A stretch of 64,000 nt of DNA from Candidatus Thorarchaeota archaeon. GTDB lineage: Archaea; Asgardarchaeota; Thorarchaeia; Thorarchaeales; Thorarchaeaceae. Under the pieces are notes generated by a model, which was not told the DNA's origin, ran no database searches, and saw only the letters and a program-made list of their open reading frames with translations. The position numbers and the translations under genes are program-made. The DNA lies in the NCBI GenBank assembly GCA_046758445.1, contig JBHIAE010000001.1:64001-128000 (forward strand), written 5' to 3'. How positions within the stretch are numbered: position 1 is the stretch's first letter; every line of letters starts with the position of its first letter. This document shows positions 30,048 to 40,742 of this stretch, in pieces.

Positions 30048-31064
30048 CTAGAGGACGACCCTCGAATCTTCCAAGTTTGTACAGGATTTGAGAGGAGTGA
30101 GGTCTAAACTCTCAAGCGGGTTGAAAGATAACCATAGTTCGTAAAGGTTTCTGCAGGAGCTTAGAGGTGTGAGGTCAACGGACCGCAGGTTATTCTGACT
30201 TAGGCGAAGTGAACCTAGATTGCCAGAAGAGCTGAGGGGTGTGAGATCAATACTATCAAGCTGGTTTGTCCATAGTTCGAGCATCTCTAGCTTAGGGCAA
30301 TTGCTGAGAGGCCGCAAATCGATGGTTCTCAACTGATTTTGCCACAATTCGATTGACTTTAGGTTTGCTGCAGAACAGAGATTTATCGACTGTAGTTGGT
30401 TCCTTGACAGATCAATCCATTCTAAGCTAACACAGGAGCTAAGTAGGGTCAAGTCGATATTCTTGAGTAGGTTATGGAATAATCGAATCGACTTAAGGTC
30501 AGTACACGAGCTGAGAGGCGATAGGTCGATCTCCCGAAGTTGATTGTCATACAGGTCAAGTTCCTGTAGGCTGGAGCAGGAACTCAGGGGAGTAAGGTCG
30601 ATAGTTTCGAGCTGATTCATTCCCAACCCCAGGTCCTGTAGATTGGCGCATGAACTTAGAGGAGTGAGATCGATTCGCCGAAACTGGTTCTGACCCAGAA
30701 ATGACCTTTGCAGGTTAGGATGCGAACTCAAAGGTGAGAGGTCGATATCCTGAAGATGGTTCTGATTCAACCAGAGTTCCTGGAGACTAGGACAAGATTT
30801 CAGGGGAGTGAGATTGACGTCCTTAAGCTTGGTTCCACTTAGAATGAGTTTCACCAGATTTGGACATGAGATTAAGGGAGACAAATCAATGCTTGCAACT
30901 GTCCGACGGCGGAGATCTATCACTGTGATCTCAGACTCATAATCAAGAATGCGATTTTTCCCCATATCATCAGTGTAGTGAATCTGAACGGCATCGTCAA
31001 TCCAGTCATCATCGGCATCATATTGGTGTTCATCTTCTAAGTCATTGATGCGCTTTCTTCTCAC
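30048..31064 (-). CDS. Leucine-rich repeat protein (22-aa repeats)
   Basis: About 12 repeats of L..L.L..NQL..IDL.PLSSC.. Confidence 0.92.
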   Translation of the reverse strand: MRRKRINDLEDEHQYDADDDWIDDAVQIHYTDDMGKNRILDYESEITVIDLRRRTVASIDLSPLISCPNLVKLILSGTKLKDVNLTPLKSCPSLQELWLNQNHLQDIDLSPLSSHPNLQRSFLGQNQFRRIDLTPLSSCANLQDLGLGMNQLETIDLTPLSSCSSLQELDLYDNQLREIDLSPLSSCTDLKSIRLFHNLLKNIDLTLLSSCVSLEWIDLSRNQLQSINLCSAANLKSIELWQNQLRTIDLRPLSNCPKLEMLELWTNQLDSIDLTPLSSSGNLGSLRLSQNNLRSVDLTPLSSCRNLYELWLSFNPLESLDLTPLKSCTNLEDSRVVL

Positions 31065-31456
31065 ATTGCATCACTTTCCGACGTGTCCTTGAAGATTAGT
31101 TGCTTCTCAATCGGATTTCTTAGCCTCATATAATCCCAATCCACTCCAAATGAATAGATAAGGCTCCCATGAAGAAGAGAAGTGAAAAGTGTTTCTTCAC
31201 TTATTCGAATTCAAGGGCTCGGCCAGAATGCAAGAGAGGGAGATACTCTATTTCTAGAGATAATTCTTGGCAGAGTAAGTATACTGGCACTGAAGAAACC
31301 GGAGGACTACCCCGATAACTGGTTATCGACAGTCTGCCAGAGATGTCATCCCGGAACTGACAAACAAGATGGCGATTTCAAGTATCCAAAGGCACCTCGC
31401 TCATGAAATTAACGTCAGGCATTAGTTTATTGATGAAGTTGAACACCTAAACCGAT

Positions 31457-32053
31457 ATGTCGGAACCGGTTGTTTACCACATCCAGAAGGGCCGTTTGGT
31501 GAGAATGCCTGACCCAGGCGCGTTTGGAAGGGGCGACTGCTATCTCGTAGATGCAGGTGCAAAGATCTACCTGTGGATAGGCCCCAGCTCGACAGCAGAT
31601 GAGAAGTTTCTAACCGCCGCGTCCGCAGTCTTTAGGGATACGGAGAGGAAAGGTCACGCAGACATAGATCGCATTGAAGGAGGCAATGAACCCGAAGAGT
31701 TCAAGGCCCTCTTTGACGACTTTCAATTGACTGACGAAGACACTGAAGGGATTCTCAGGAGAGTCCAGATGGAGAAACACGAGTACAAGCTCTGGCGGGT
31801 ACATCACGAGGGTGATGAAACCTTCTTCGCTGAAGTCCCGGTTTCGCGTGACTCCCTCAGGAGTGACGATGTATATCTGCTGGACACCTGGGAAGACATT
31901 TTCGTCTGGCGAGGCAGGGATGCCACAGCGCGAGAGAAGTTCGATGGAACCATGCTAGCCCGAAGGTATGATGCTGAGCGTGTTGGAGTGCAGGAGATAG
32001 AACTCATCGAAGACGGTGATGAACCGGCTGAGTTCTGGGACGCCTTCGACTAG
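31457..32053 (+). CDS. Two-domain gelsolin-like actin regulator (Asgard 2DGel type)
   Basis: GDCYLVD...IYLWIG..S..DEK and SDDVYLLD...IFVWRG..A..REK; EP.EF ends of both domains. Confidence 0.9.
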   Translation: MSEPVVYHIQKGRLVRMPDPGAFGRGDCYLVDAGAKIYLWIGPSSTADEKFLTAASAVFRDTERKGHADIDRIEGGNEPEEFKALFDDFQLTDEDTEGILRRVQMEKHEYKLWRVHHEGDETFFAEVPVSRDSLRSDDVYLLDTWEDIFVWRGRDATAREKFDGTMLARRYDAERVGVQEIELIEDGDEPAEFWDAFD

Positions 32054-32065
32054 ACCGATGTACCT

Positions 32066-33526
32066 CTAGACCAATCTATAGTGACCAAGACGGGGTTCGT
32101 ATAGGACCCCGCTCTGTTTCATTCTTCCGAGAGTTTCTGCCGCGACATGCCGTTTAACAGCTGCTTCAGCTGCAATATCCTCAAGAGTGGGCCCAAGTGA
32201 TCCGGTCTTTCCAGTGTCCAGCTTCTTCAGAGCACGCAAGACTTTGGTATTGAACTTGTATGCACGACTGTCCTTGCCCCAGTCCCGCTCGGTTTCGGAC
32301 CTTAGTTGAGTGAGTTCCATGAACTCGTTCAATGCTGGCTCAAGAACTCGATTCCAAGAGTGTTTGATGTCCTTCGCATTTGTCTTCTTCTTCCATGATG
32401 CTCTCGCGGTGGAACGAGCCAAACGAATCGCGCTGAGAGGACGTCCTAGTGCGTCAGCGTCAAGGAGATGACCTCGAGCAAGTGCCGAGTAGTCAAGTCC
32501 GAAACTCTCCCTGAGACCTTCAAGCTTTCCCAGGATGTGTCGGGTTCCTGCATCTATTGCCCGCTGCGTAATCTCAGGACTCAACATCTGAAAGGTTATT
32601 GCAGACTTTAGGATCGGCAGTTTCAACTGAGCGGGGTTCCGGGTTTCTATCCAGAAGTCCTCAGACGCCAGAGCCAACGGAACATCGGGGAGAGCTGCAG
32701 TTTCCAGATTTGTCAGTGCACCGACCGATACCTCCCTGAAACCTAGATTGTCTTGTCGCTGAACGCATAGGTCCTCCATCTTCTTCCGTTTTTGTTGACC
32801 CACATCAAGTCGCCACAAACGAGGTGTCGAAACTCGGACACTGTTGACTCGTCTCCTTTTCGGCCACCTACCCCTCAACGTCGGAGATAACACTCTGCGC
32901 ATGAATACTAGAAGCCTTTGTACCTGTGTTTGTGAGGCAATGGCCTGTATTCCCGTTGTCAGCCCACCGACCGCCTGATGAATGGGGGGACTAGACACGA
33001 ATAGTAGCGCAAAGACCCTCTTGCTGGCCTCCGCCATCCCCACGTTCTCGAAGAGCAGTGATGACATCTCTTTCAGACTCATTGGGGGCTCGATGACAGA
33101 AAGGACATCCATAGTGATGATTTCGTAGGAGTCTGCATACAGGGCCTTTGTGAGCTTGCCAGTACGTTCTAGGGTCCTTGAAACTGCCGCAGGACGCCCA
33201 ACAACTTCAATCTGCGACCCATCAGGAGGGGTTTCCTGATCCTGGTGAAACTGAACGAAGACGCCCTCTACAAGCCAGGGACTCGGAGTGAGTAGAATCA
33301 ACGATTTGTCACGAGTGTGATGAACGAAGCCGCGATAGACATGGAGTCCGACAGAAACCCTTCTCTTGAATGCCTTTAGTAGATTGAGCTCCCAACCAGC
33401 AAGTTCTGAGCCAAATTGCCTTGTGAATACATCACTGGGCGCAGTCACGTCAGCCAGTCTATCTCGCGTATGTCCAAGCCGGGTATAGATGTCCTCGGGC
33501 TCCATAATTAGCACTCCAAGACTCAC
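32066..33526 (-). CDS. Hypothetical protein resembling a degenerate MCM (lid helix plus C-terminal winged helix)
   Basis: RPLSAIRLARSTARA...DI and GVLYEPRLGHYRLV resemble the MCM lid and archaeal MCM C-terminus; no Walker A/B seen. Confidence 0.55.
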   Translation of the reverse strand: MSLGVLIMEPEDIYTRLGHTRDRLADVTAPSDVFTRQFGSELAGWELNLLKAFKRRVSVGLHVYRGFVHHTRDKSLILLTPSPWLVEGVFVQFHQDQETPPDGSQIEVVGRPAAVSRTLERTGKLTKALYADSYEIITMDVLSVIEPPMSLKEMSSLLFENVGMAEASKRVFALLFVSSPPIHQAVGGLTTGIQAIASQTQVQRLLVFMRRVLSPTLRGRWPKRRRVNSVRVSTPRLWRLDVGQQKRKKMEDLCVQRQDNLGFREVSVGALTNLETAALPDVPLALASEDFWIETRNPAQLKLPILKSAITFQMLSPEITQRAIDAGTRHILGKLEGLRESFGLDYSALARGHLLDADALGRPLSAIRLARSTARASWKKKTNAKDIKHSWNRVLEPALNEFMELTQLRSETERDWGKDSRAYKFNTKVLRALKKLDTGKTGSLGPTLEDIAAEAAVKRHVAAETLGRMKQSGVLYEPRLGHYRLV

Positions 33527-33550
33527 ATAATCGTCCTATGGCCGCGTTCC

Positions 33551-34543
33551 TCAATCTGACATCTCACTCTTTGGCCTTTTGTTCTCTTTCTCTCTCCGTA
33601 GATACTCGCGGTAGGCGTTTGGATACGCTTCAGCGAGCTGCTCTATTGTGGGAAGGCGTTGATGATAGGGAACATAGCCCTCCCCAGGCTTAACACTAGA
33701 CAGCTCAGACTCAATGATGGGCTTCATGTCCAGGTTAATCTCAAATCCAACGAAATGTCTCCAGCTGAGCTTCGCTGCCACTGCTGTTGTGCCATTCCCC
33801 ATGAACGGGTCAAGTATAATATCTCCCGGTCTTGAAGAGAAGTCGATGCATTTGGCCACCACATCAATCGGAAGCTTCGTGCTATTCTTGGCCTGCCTAG
33901 CTCTATACTTGCGCTTCACGACCCATACGTCTTCAGGGTAATGCTCGACTTTGTTGAAGAAGTAGTTTCGAGGATTCTTGGCCAATAGGAGCACATGATA
34001 GTGGCTTGTCACGAATCTACGCTTGGTAAAGACACCGAACGGATAGTGCCAGACTATATGATTCAACATCATAAGTCCAGCCTCACGAGCCTCCCTTAGA
34101 ACCGTTTCCAGATTCGTCCAACCAGAGAAGATGTAAGCGGAGCCGTCTGACTTCAGGATGCGAGGAATCTCGCGAATCCACTTCGTCGTGAACTCATCAT
34201 AGGACTCTGATATCTCCTCGTAGCCCTGGACAACGAGCCCCTCATTTCTGTTGTAGACACTGCTCAATCCGTTGAAGTCTATTCCGAACGGTGGATCGGC
34301 AACGACAAGGTCGATGGACTCGTCTGACAGCCTTTTCATCCCTTGAATGCAGTCCTCAAAGTAGATTCTGTTCAGTTCAGCTGCGTCTGAGATTGTCTTT
34401 CTCGATTCATACAGTGCTTGGGCTTCTTCTGACGTCCAGTCAAACTGAGGCTTGAAGTAGAACTCGGCTAGGTTCGGAATATACTTTCTAGCACGCTGCC
34501 TAGTAGGCAGTTTCTCTTCCTCTTTGTTCGAGTGAATTGTCAT
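33551..34543 (-). CDS. Site-specific DNA methyltransferase (N4-C/N6-A, beta class), orphan
   Basis: DPPF catalytic motif precedes ILDPFMGNGTT SAM-binding motif. Confidence 0.92.
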   Translation of the reverse strand: MTIHSNKEEEKLPTRQRARKYIPNLAEFYFKPQFDWTSEEAQALYESRKTISDAAELNRIYFEDCIQGMKRLSDESIDLVVADPPFGIDFNGLSSVYNRNEGLVVQGYEEISESYDEFTTKWIREIPRILKSDGSAYIFSGWTNLETVLREAREAGLMMLNHIVWHYPFGVFTKRRFVTSHYHVLLLAKNPRNYFFNKVEHYPEDVWVVKRKYRARQAKNSTKLPIDVVAKCIDFSSRPGDIILDPFMGNGTTAVAAKLSWRHFVGFEINLDMKPIIESELSSVKPGEGYVPYHQRLPTIEQLAEAYPNAYREYLRREKENKRPKSEMSD

Positions 34544-34612
34544 GGGGACAGTCTCTACCCCTTACTCGGCCTACCTCTTAAAGCATTACCAAGTTTCTGA
34601 GTTTGGAGCCAT

Positions 34613-35713
34613 TCACATTAGCTCAGAGGGGTCTACACCTCTAGAAGTGGCCTTCTGTGCCATCCAGTCCATCAGAGACTCTGGCGGCGTGACGTTTCCT
34701 CGTCCCTCTCTGGCAATAAGCTTCATTGCGTTCTCAGGACATTCGATGGTACATACTCCGCAACCTATGCAGCGTTCAGTATTCGCAACGCTGACATCTT
34801 CAGGAACGCTCAATGCTTCGAACTGACAGCGATCAACACATGTGCCACATCCTGCACATAGGTCTGTGTCAATACTGATGGTGAAGTCTGAGTTGACAAA
34901 GGCGTGTGGCTGATCATATTGAGTCAGCCCTCTCAGGACCCCACAGCAACAGGTACAGCAGTTACAAATGTAGGTGTGATCGCGCTGAATATTCATCGTG
35001 CAGTGAACAAGCCCGGCTTGTGCAGAGTCACGAAGAATGTTGAGAGCTTCATCTTTCGTAATTGGTTTAGTGATTTCATGTCCCACGAACGCGTTCTCTC
35101 TTCTTGGCGCCAAGGTCAAGCAGACTGAAGTGGGATAAGTACATGGATTGCCAATCAGTCCTTTCTGCTTCTTGCAGATGCACTCTCTGATTCCCCAAGA
35201 TGCTGAGGTTTCGACTAGCTTCTCAGCTTGGTCATACCGATGTATGATGAGTTCTGTTTCGATGGACTTGTTCACTGGGACTACCTTGAATATGGCCGGC
35301 TCCGATGCAAAGAGGGTTCCTCCTCTGGCTTTCTCAAAGTACTCCTCAAGAACCTGAGCAAACTCCTCATCCATTCGGTCAAGCTGCTCTTCATAGAAAC
35401 CCACTGCGAATGGCATTAGTGCGAATTTCCTTGTTCCAGCTGAACGAGACATCCAACCACTGATTTGACCCTTCTCAACCATTCTTTCGAGGAGCTCCGT
35501 TGTTTCCTCCAAAGGCATGCCCAATTTCGAGGTGATCTCCTCTGCTGTTTCGCCTCGTAGCTTCAACCTACTCGCTAGATCAGCTTCTTCGGGAGTGAAG
35601 ATCCACTCTAGCACTTTCAAGTGCGTTCCATCTTCTACATGTGCATACCCGTTGGGTACCTTATCCAGGACTGCCGCTAACCTCACATATGCATCTTCTG
35701 ACATCTTTGACAA
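34613..35713 (-). CDS. 4Fe-4S dicluster protein with N-terminal HTH-like region
   Basis: C.C, ICNCCTCCC, two CxxCxxCxxxC ferredoxin motifs. Confidence 0.88.
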   Translation of the reverse strand: MSKMSEDAYVRLAAVLDKVPNGYAHVEDGTHLKVLEWIFTPEEADLASRLKLRGETAEEITSKLGMPLEETTELLERMVEKGQISGWMSRSAGTRKFALMPFAVGFYEEQLDRMDEEFAQVLEEYFEKARGGTLFASEPAIFKVVPVNKSIETELIIHRYDQAEKLVETSASWGIRECICKKQKGLIGNPCTYPTSVCLTLAPRRENAFVGHEITKPITKDEALNILRDSAQAGLVHCTMNIQRDHTYICNCCTCCCGVLRGLTQYDQPHAFVNSDFTISIDTDLCAGCGTCVDRCQFEALSVPEDVSVANTERCIGCGVCTIECPENAMKLIAREGRGNVTPPESLMDWMAQKATSRGVDPSELM

Positions 35714-35737
35714 CCTCTGTCGGTCTATTCTCTGACA

Positions 35738-37066
35738 TTAAGGGCAATTTATGGTTATCCCAAGAGGGCTGAGCTCTGCATTCACCTGCTCGACAGTTTC
35801 GGTACAGCTTTGCCCTTTCCCTAGAAGGATGTGGGCCAAGCTCATTTGGAAAGGAGGGAGGAACGGAATGTCGCTCGCCTCTAGAATGGCTCTATACTCC
35901 CTGACAACTCTCTCATCCTGAAGAAACTCCTCGAGCTGGGCTAATGTGCTACCATTTTCCAAGATCATATCTCGAATCTTCTCCAAGAAGAGATCCTTTG
36001 GTACGTTCACAGACTCGCCAAAGAGTTTCTTGACATTCTTCTCAAACCAGTCACGCACCCGGCCAACCTGACAATAGGGTAAGACAGCAACCTCCTCCCC
36101 TTCGTAAGGCATGACTCGAATCAGGCTCCTAGTTTCAGCTGAGAAGACGAAGTCAGGCAGATTATTGTAACCCAATTCAGAGATGTCAAGTCCTTTTGCT
36201 TGCAGCTCTTCATTCAGCGATTTTAGAGAATGAGGACTGCCTTTGTCAATGCCCTCCTCCACCACTTTCAACAGGAGGTCAAAGGCATCTTTACTCTCCT
36301 TCGAGAAGCGCGACATCTCTTCAGAATATGCGTCAGGCAGTTTCAGAATAGTAGCGGGCAAATCACCTTCACGAATGACGTATCCCTCAGATTCAGCCCA
36401 AGTAACAAAGTCGTTCCAGCTATGGAAACCGAGATCGCGTTCATTGAAATCCTGATTTAGGGAGCTCATGGCATACTTGACAGTCCCCATACCCGGTTTG
36501 TTTTCTGCCTCCTTTACTATTTGGACCGCTTCTTGGAGTTTTGCCCCCATCATGTGCCTCATTTCTGAGATGCTTCGAACCCGTTCATCACACCGGCCCA
36601 CATCAGGACAGTCCAAGGAACTCCTTCTGAATGAGTGAACATCACTGTACTTAGTTGCTAGATTGGTCAGCTCAGATGCCGTGATTATGGGATTGCTTAT
36701 GACCCAGAGACCTAGCCCGCGATGGCGAATGGATCCAGCAGTGAGCTTGAAGTCCCCATCGCCTGTGATCAAGACGTAGCATGCTGTTTCAGGATAGTGG
36801 ACCATGTGGTCAGTAATGTATGCAGCCATCCTGTAGTCGGTGGCGTTGTCCCTCCTGTCAGGAACGTGTATGACGTCATAGCCTAGATTGTAGAGCTCCT
36901 TTGCCATTTGACGACGGTTGACCCAGTCCGCGAATGCGTAAGCCTTTACGATGGTGCCTACCTCTTGGATTGCTTTCGTCATCTCTCTGTGAGTGCCAAA
37001 GTCCTCATGGACATTCTCGAAATCCCAGAATACTGAGAGATGTGGCTTGGAACTGGGTTCGGGCAT
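35738..37066 (-). CDS. NYN (LabA/DUF88) nuclease domain with OST-HTH/LOTUS-like domains
   Basis: VFWDFENV, ATD, LITGDGDF; DFNERDLGF.SW..FV and ELGYNNL.DFV LOTUS-like motifs. Confidence 0.82.
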   Translation of the reverse strand: MPEPSSKPHLSVFWDFENVHEDFGTHREMTKAIQEVGTIVKAYAFADWVNRRQMAKELYNLGYDVIHVPDRRDNATDYRMAAYITDHMVHYPETACYVLITGDGDFKLTAGSIRHRGLGLWVISNPIITASELTNLATKYSDVHSFRRSSLDCPDVGRCDERVRSISEMRHMMGAKLQEAVQIVKEAENKPGMGTVKYAMSSLNQDFNERDLGFHSWNDFVTWAESEGYVIREGDLPATILKLPDAYSEEMSRFSKESKDAFDLLLKVVEEGIDKGSPHSLKSLNEELQAKGLDISELGYNNLPDFVFSAETRSLIRVMPYEGEEVAVLPYCQVGRVRDWFEKNVKKLFGESVNVPKDLFLEKIRDMILENGSTLAQLEEFLQDERVVREYRAILEASDIPFLPPFQMSLAHILLGKGQSCTETVEQVNAELSPLGITINCP

Positions 37067-37160
37067 CCGTCGTCCACCAATCAAGGACCGATGTATTTGA
37101 TGACCTATAAAGACTGCCGAACGAAACCAGAATCGAAGACAGGTTCTAGGCTCAGGAGGC

Positions 37161-37547
37161 CTAGGCGAATCTGAAGCGCATCGCGGACCAAGTATCGTCA
37201 ACTGCAATCTGATGGACGGCTTTCAGACCGAGCGTCTTTGCATATGCCCAGATGCTGTTTCTGTTTATGTCAGTCTTGATCTTGGAAGTGCCCTTCGGAT
37301 AAGTGATCCACAGAGACCCATCCTGTTTGAGATGCTGCTTCAATTGTGACAGTCGGTCTTCCAACTCCTCTCTGGTCTTCACGAATACTTGAATGAAGTC
37401 GACAGGTTCGGAAGGTGTGGAGGTGACTGTGACATCATTTGGTAGGTCACCCAGGAGGTTTCTGTACCCCTCTGGCTCGGAAACTAAGAGAAGCGAATAG
37501 CCTTCCTTGATGAATAGCTTCTTGGGAAGTGGTTTTGTTGATGACAT
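37161..37547 (-). CDS. DUF3052-like protein
   Basis: KKL.IK, LWITYPK.TS...TDINR, VD.TWSA.RF. Confidence 0.75.
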   Translation of the reverse strand: MSSTKPLPKKLFIKEGYSLLLVSEPEGYRNLLGDLPNDVTVTSTPSEPVDFIQVFVKTREELEDRLSQLKQHLKQDGSLWITYPKGTSKIKTDINRNSIWAYAKTLGLKAVHQIAVDDTWSAMRFRFA

Positions 37548-37791
37548 CACGACCAACTCATTCAACGTCTGCAAGAGATTGTATATGTAATTCACTATAG
37601 GTGCGGATAGGCTAAGAAGAAAGACATCGTTCAAGATGATGAAAGGAAGATTGAGTGGAGATTCGTCGATTTCGTCGATGCTCATTCCTCTTTCTTATCT
37701 GCAGTCCAGACCAAGCCCCTTATTACTAGGGCATTCAGGGCGACAGTGTCAATTTCACGTGACTTTCAACCCGAATACTGAGCGAAGTATC

Positions 37792-39400
37792 ATGGAATCG
37801 GATGAGATCTTCCTACGGGAAAGGAGGGCGTTTCGCCTAATTGCTGAGGCCGCACTCCAACCTCGAGGTAGTCCCGAGCTGTACCACCGTGTTCTCTCTG
37901 GGCTTGTTGAAACACTTGAGTTCGACCTAGGCACTTTGAGGCTATTCGATGACCAGAATGAAGTCCTGAAACTGGAGGCAGTTGTGGGGATTCCAGAAGA
38001 GAAAGTCCAAGATGAGGTGCTTCTCAATGATCCAGAGTATCTCGCGGCACGCGTTGCTCGCACAAGGACACCAATCTTCGAGTCGGATGTTTCTCGCAAT
38101 CCAGAGCTAAAGGCCCGTATGAAAGTCATTGAATCACTTGGAATCAAGTCTCTGATATTCTGGCCCATAGTTGGTGCACGTGATGAGCTTCTGGGGGTCA
38201 TGAACGTTGCTAACCGTGGCCAGAAAGATTTGTCTGAGGAGGACATGGACTTCTTTCAGACAGTCGCAGGAATGTTTGCTGCAGTCCTTGAAAGGCACAG
38301 AGCCATTGATGCCCTGAGGGAGAGCGAAGAACGATACCGTCTGTTGGCGGAGAATGCTGTTGATATAATCTGGACTGTAGACATGAACCTGCAGTTCACC
38401 TATGTCAGCCCATCAGTTGAGGAAATTCTTGGTTACACGCCTCAAGCAGCGTTGCTGATGCCACTCAGTGGCATGATGACGCCGGAGTCGCTCCAACTCA
38501 TCGAGAATGCCCTTACAGATTCACTCCGATTGGAAGCAACAGTAGGCAAGGACGGCTATGATTCGCCTCCGCTAGAGATTCAGATGTTCCGCAAAGACGG
38601 CGTATCATTGTGGATTGAGATCTCTAGAACGTTTTTGCGTGACGATGATGACACTCCCATTGGGATTCTTGGCGTGGCAAGAGACATAACGCGAAGAAAG
38701 ACGGTGGAAGAAGAACTCGCAACTGCAAGAGCACAGGCGGAGTTCTATAATGACCTCATGGCTCACGACTTGGCAAACATGCAACAGGGCATCCTTGTGA
38801 GTCTAGAACTCATGCTGAGAGATCCAAAACTACCTACTGAGCTCCGAACCCTTGCAAACAGAGCTCTTGCACAGACGATACGAGGAGTCACATTGACAGG
38901 GAACGTCAAGAAGCTCGGGCGGCTCGTTGGGGGGGGGAGAAGAGGTTCTCGAGAACTGATGTTTATCAATCTCTGATGGATGCCATAGAGATAGTTGTCG
39001 ACTCTTTTCCGGATAAGATCATCGAGGTCAATACAAACCTCGTCAAGGGACAAAAAACTGTAATGGCCGACGAGTTTCTTATTGATCTCTTCTATAATCT
39101 CCTACACAATGCTGCAAGAATGGATCAGAGCGATTCAGTGGTCATTGATGTGGTGGAATGTGATTCTGACACAACTGGCACACTCAAGTTGAAGATCGAG
39201 GACCAGGAATAAGCGATAACCTGAAAGAGGCAATCCTCACTCGATTCAATGAGAGGGCGAGGCGTGGATGGGGAATCGGGTTGACCCTGGTGAGACAGAT
39301 TGTTGATCGATATGAGGGGAAGATTTGGATTGAAGACCGAGTTCCGAAGGACCACACCGAAGGGGCAAGTTTCGTCCTCGTTCTGCCAACAGCATCCTGA
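37792..39400 (+). pseudogene. GAF-PAS sensor histidine kinase broken by two frameshifts
   Basis: H-box MAHDL; frameshift near a G9 run (38929-38937); N-box NLLHNA in the second frame; second shift near 39200; PGI and GIGL G-boxes in the third frame. Confidence 0.85.
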
Positions 39401-39444
39401 GTTGGAATATCCAAGATTCCTGATTTCACTGTATTGAGAGGCCT

Positions 39445-40527
39445 CTAGAGAAGGTCTGACATGTCAAGCCCTCTCGAAATCGCCCTCCTTGTATTCCAGT
39501 CGGTCCTGGACTCGGGAGGAGTCTTTCGCTCAGCCGAATCCCTTGAAACCAGACGGAGTGCATTCTCGGGGCATGCGATTGAGCAGACGCCACAGCCGAC
39601 ACAACGGGAATTGTCTACCTGACAGATGTCTTGAACCAGACTCAATGCATCAAACTGACATCGGACCACACAGTCACCACAGCCTGCACATGCGCCCTGC
39701 TCCACAGAGGCTTGGAAGTTGGAATTGACAAAGGCATGAGGCTGACCAAGCTGAACCAGTCCCCTTAGCATTGCACAGCAACATGTACAGCAGTTGCATA
39801 TGTATGAATGGCCTTGCTGGACATTCGAAGAGCAATGAATCAACCCAGCCTCCTCTGCCTTTAGTAGAATGTCCAATGACTCCTCTTTCGAGATAGGTTT
39901 GGTCAGAGCATCGTCATCATATGCTCCGGGCCTCGATGAAATGAGAAGGCACACAGAGGTCGGATACTCACAATCCTGATCCAAGACCCCCAGCTGCTTC
40001 TTGCACATGCATTCTCTCAGACCCCATGACTTCGCACCCTGAACGATGTTCTCAGCTACCTCGAAAGGGTATACCTCAAGCTCAGGGGTGATTGCACGGT
40101 TCACAGGAATTACCCTGAATACGGCCGGCTCGGTGTGAAAGTGTCCCACTCCACGTCCCTTGTCAAAGTAATCCTCCATCAACTGGGCAAACTCTCTGTC
40201 CATTCTTTGGATTTGACCTTCCCAGATCCCGCCCAGAAAGACTGTCAGAGCATAACGCCTGCCCGTACTTGAGTTCCAGGCGAATATCTGCCCCTTCTGA
40301 ACCATAGTTTCGAGCCTATCCTCTAGTCCATCGACCGGAATGTCAAGTCAGTCCGTCATTTCTTCAGAGGTCTCTCCTCGCAGCTTCATCTTGCTCGCTA
40401 GGTGGGCCTCCTCTGGTGAGAATATCCACTGTAGAAGCTGAATGTGGGTTCCGCCCTCAATGTGGGAGAAGCCGTTGGGGATCTTGTTCAATATGGCGGC
40501 CAGTTTCTCGTACGGTTCTGTTGTCAT
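39445..40527 (-). pseudogene. Paralog of the 34613-35713 4Fe-4S protein with an in-frame TGA at 40348-40350
   Basis: Both ORF halves share a frame and align without gaps to the intact paralog; the TGA sits at a Lys position. Confidence 0.8.
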
Positions 40528-40742
40528 GGCAGGTCGCAAATGCAACAGAGAAGCCGGTATTTACTCCTTCTGTTAAGTCAAAGTAGTAGCTGGAATCTGC
40601 ACAGAGTAACGAATTCTCGAAGTCGAGTGAAGAAGAGATATGGTTTGCCGTTTTGGACTTCTGAATTACTGAGTGAGGGTTTTCGAAAGTCTCTTATCCG
40701 TTCAGTCCTTTTGAGTTTAAGATACGTCTGTGAGGTGACTAG

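Noticed and set aside
30048-31064. 66-bp periodicity as a CRISPR array or DNA repeat
   Set aside because: It is explained by degenerate LRR coding repeats; no identical repeats with spacers were seen in the window.
31182-31406. ORF with CQRCH as an HNH remnant
   Set aside because: Only one short motif; not enough support.
38929-38937. G9 run as a phase-variation switch
   Set aside because: A second independent frameshift downstream would still inactivate the kinase; a homopolymer sequencing error is also possible.
40348-40350. In-frame TGA as selenocysteine in the 4Fe-4S paralog
   Set aside because: It aligns to Lys in the intact paralog rather than Cys, fits a CGA>TGA change, and no convincing SECIS was seen downstream.
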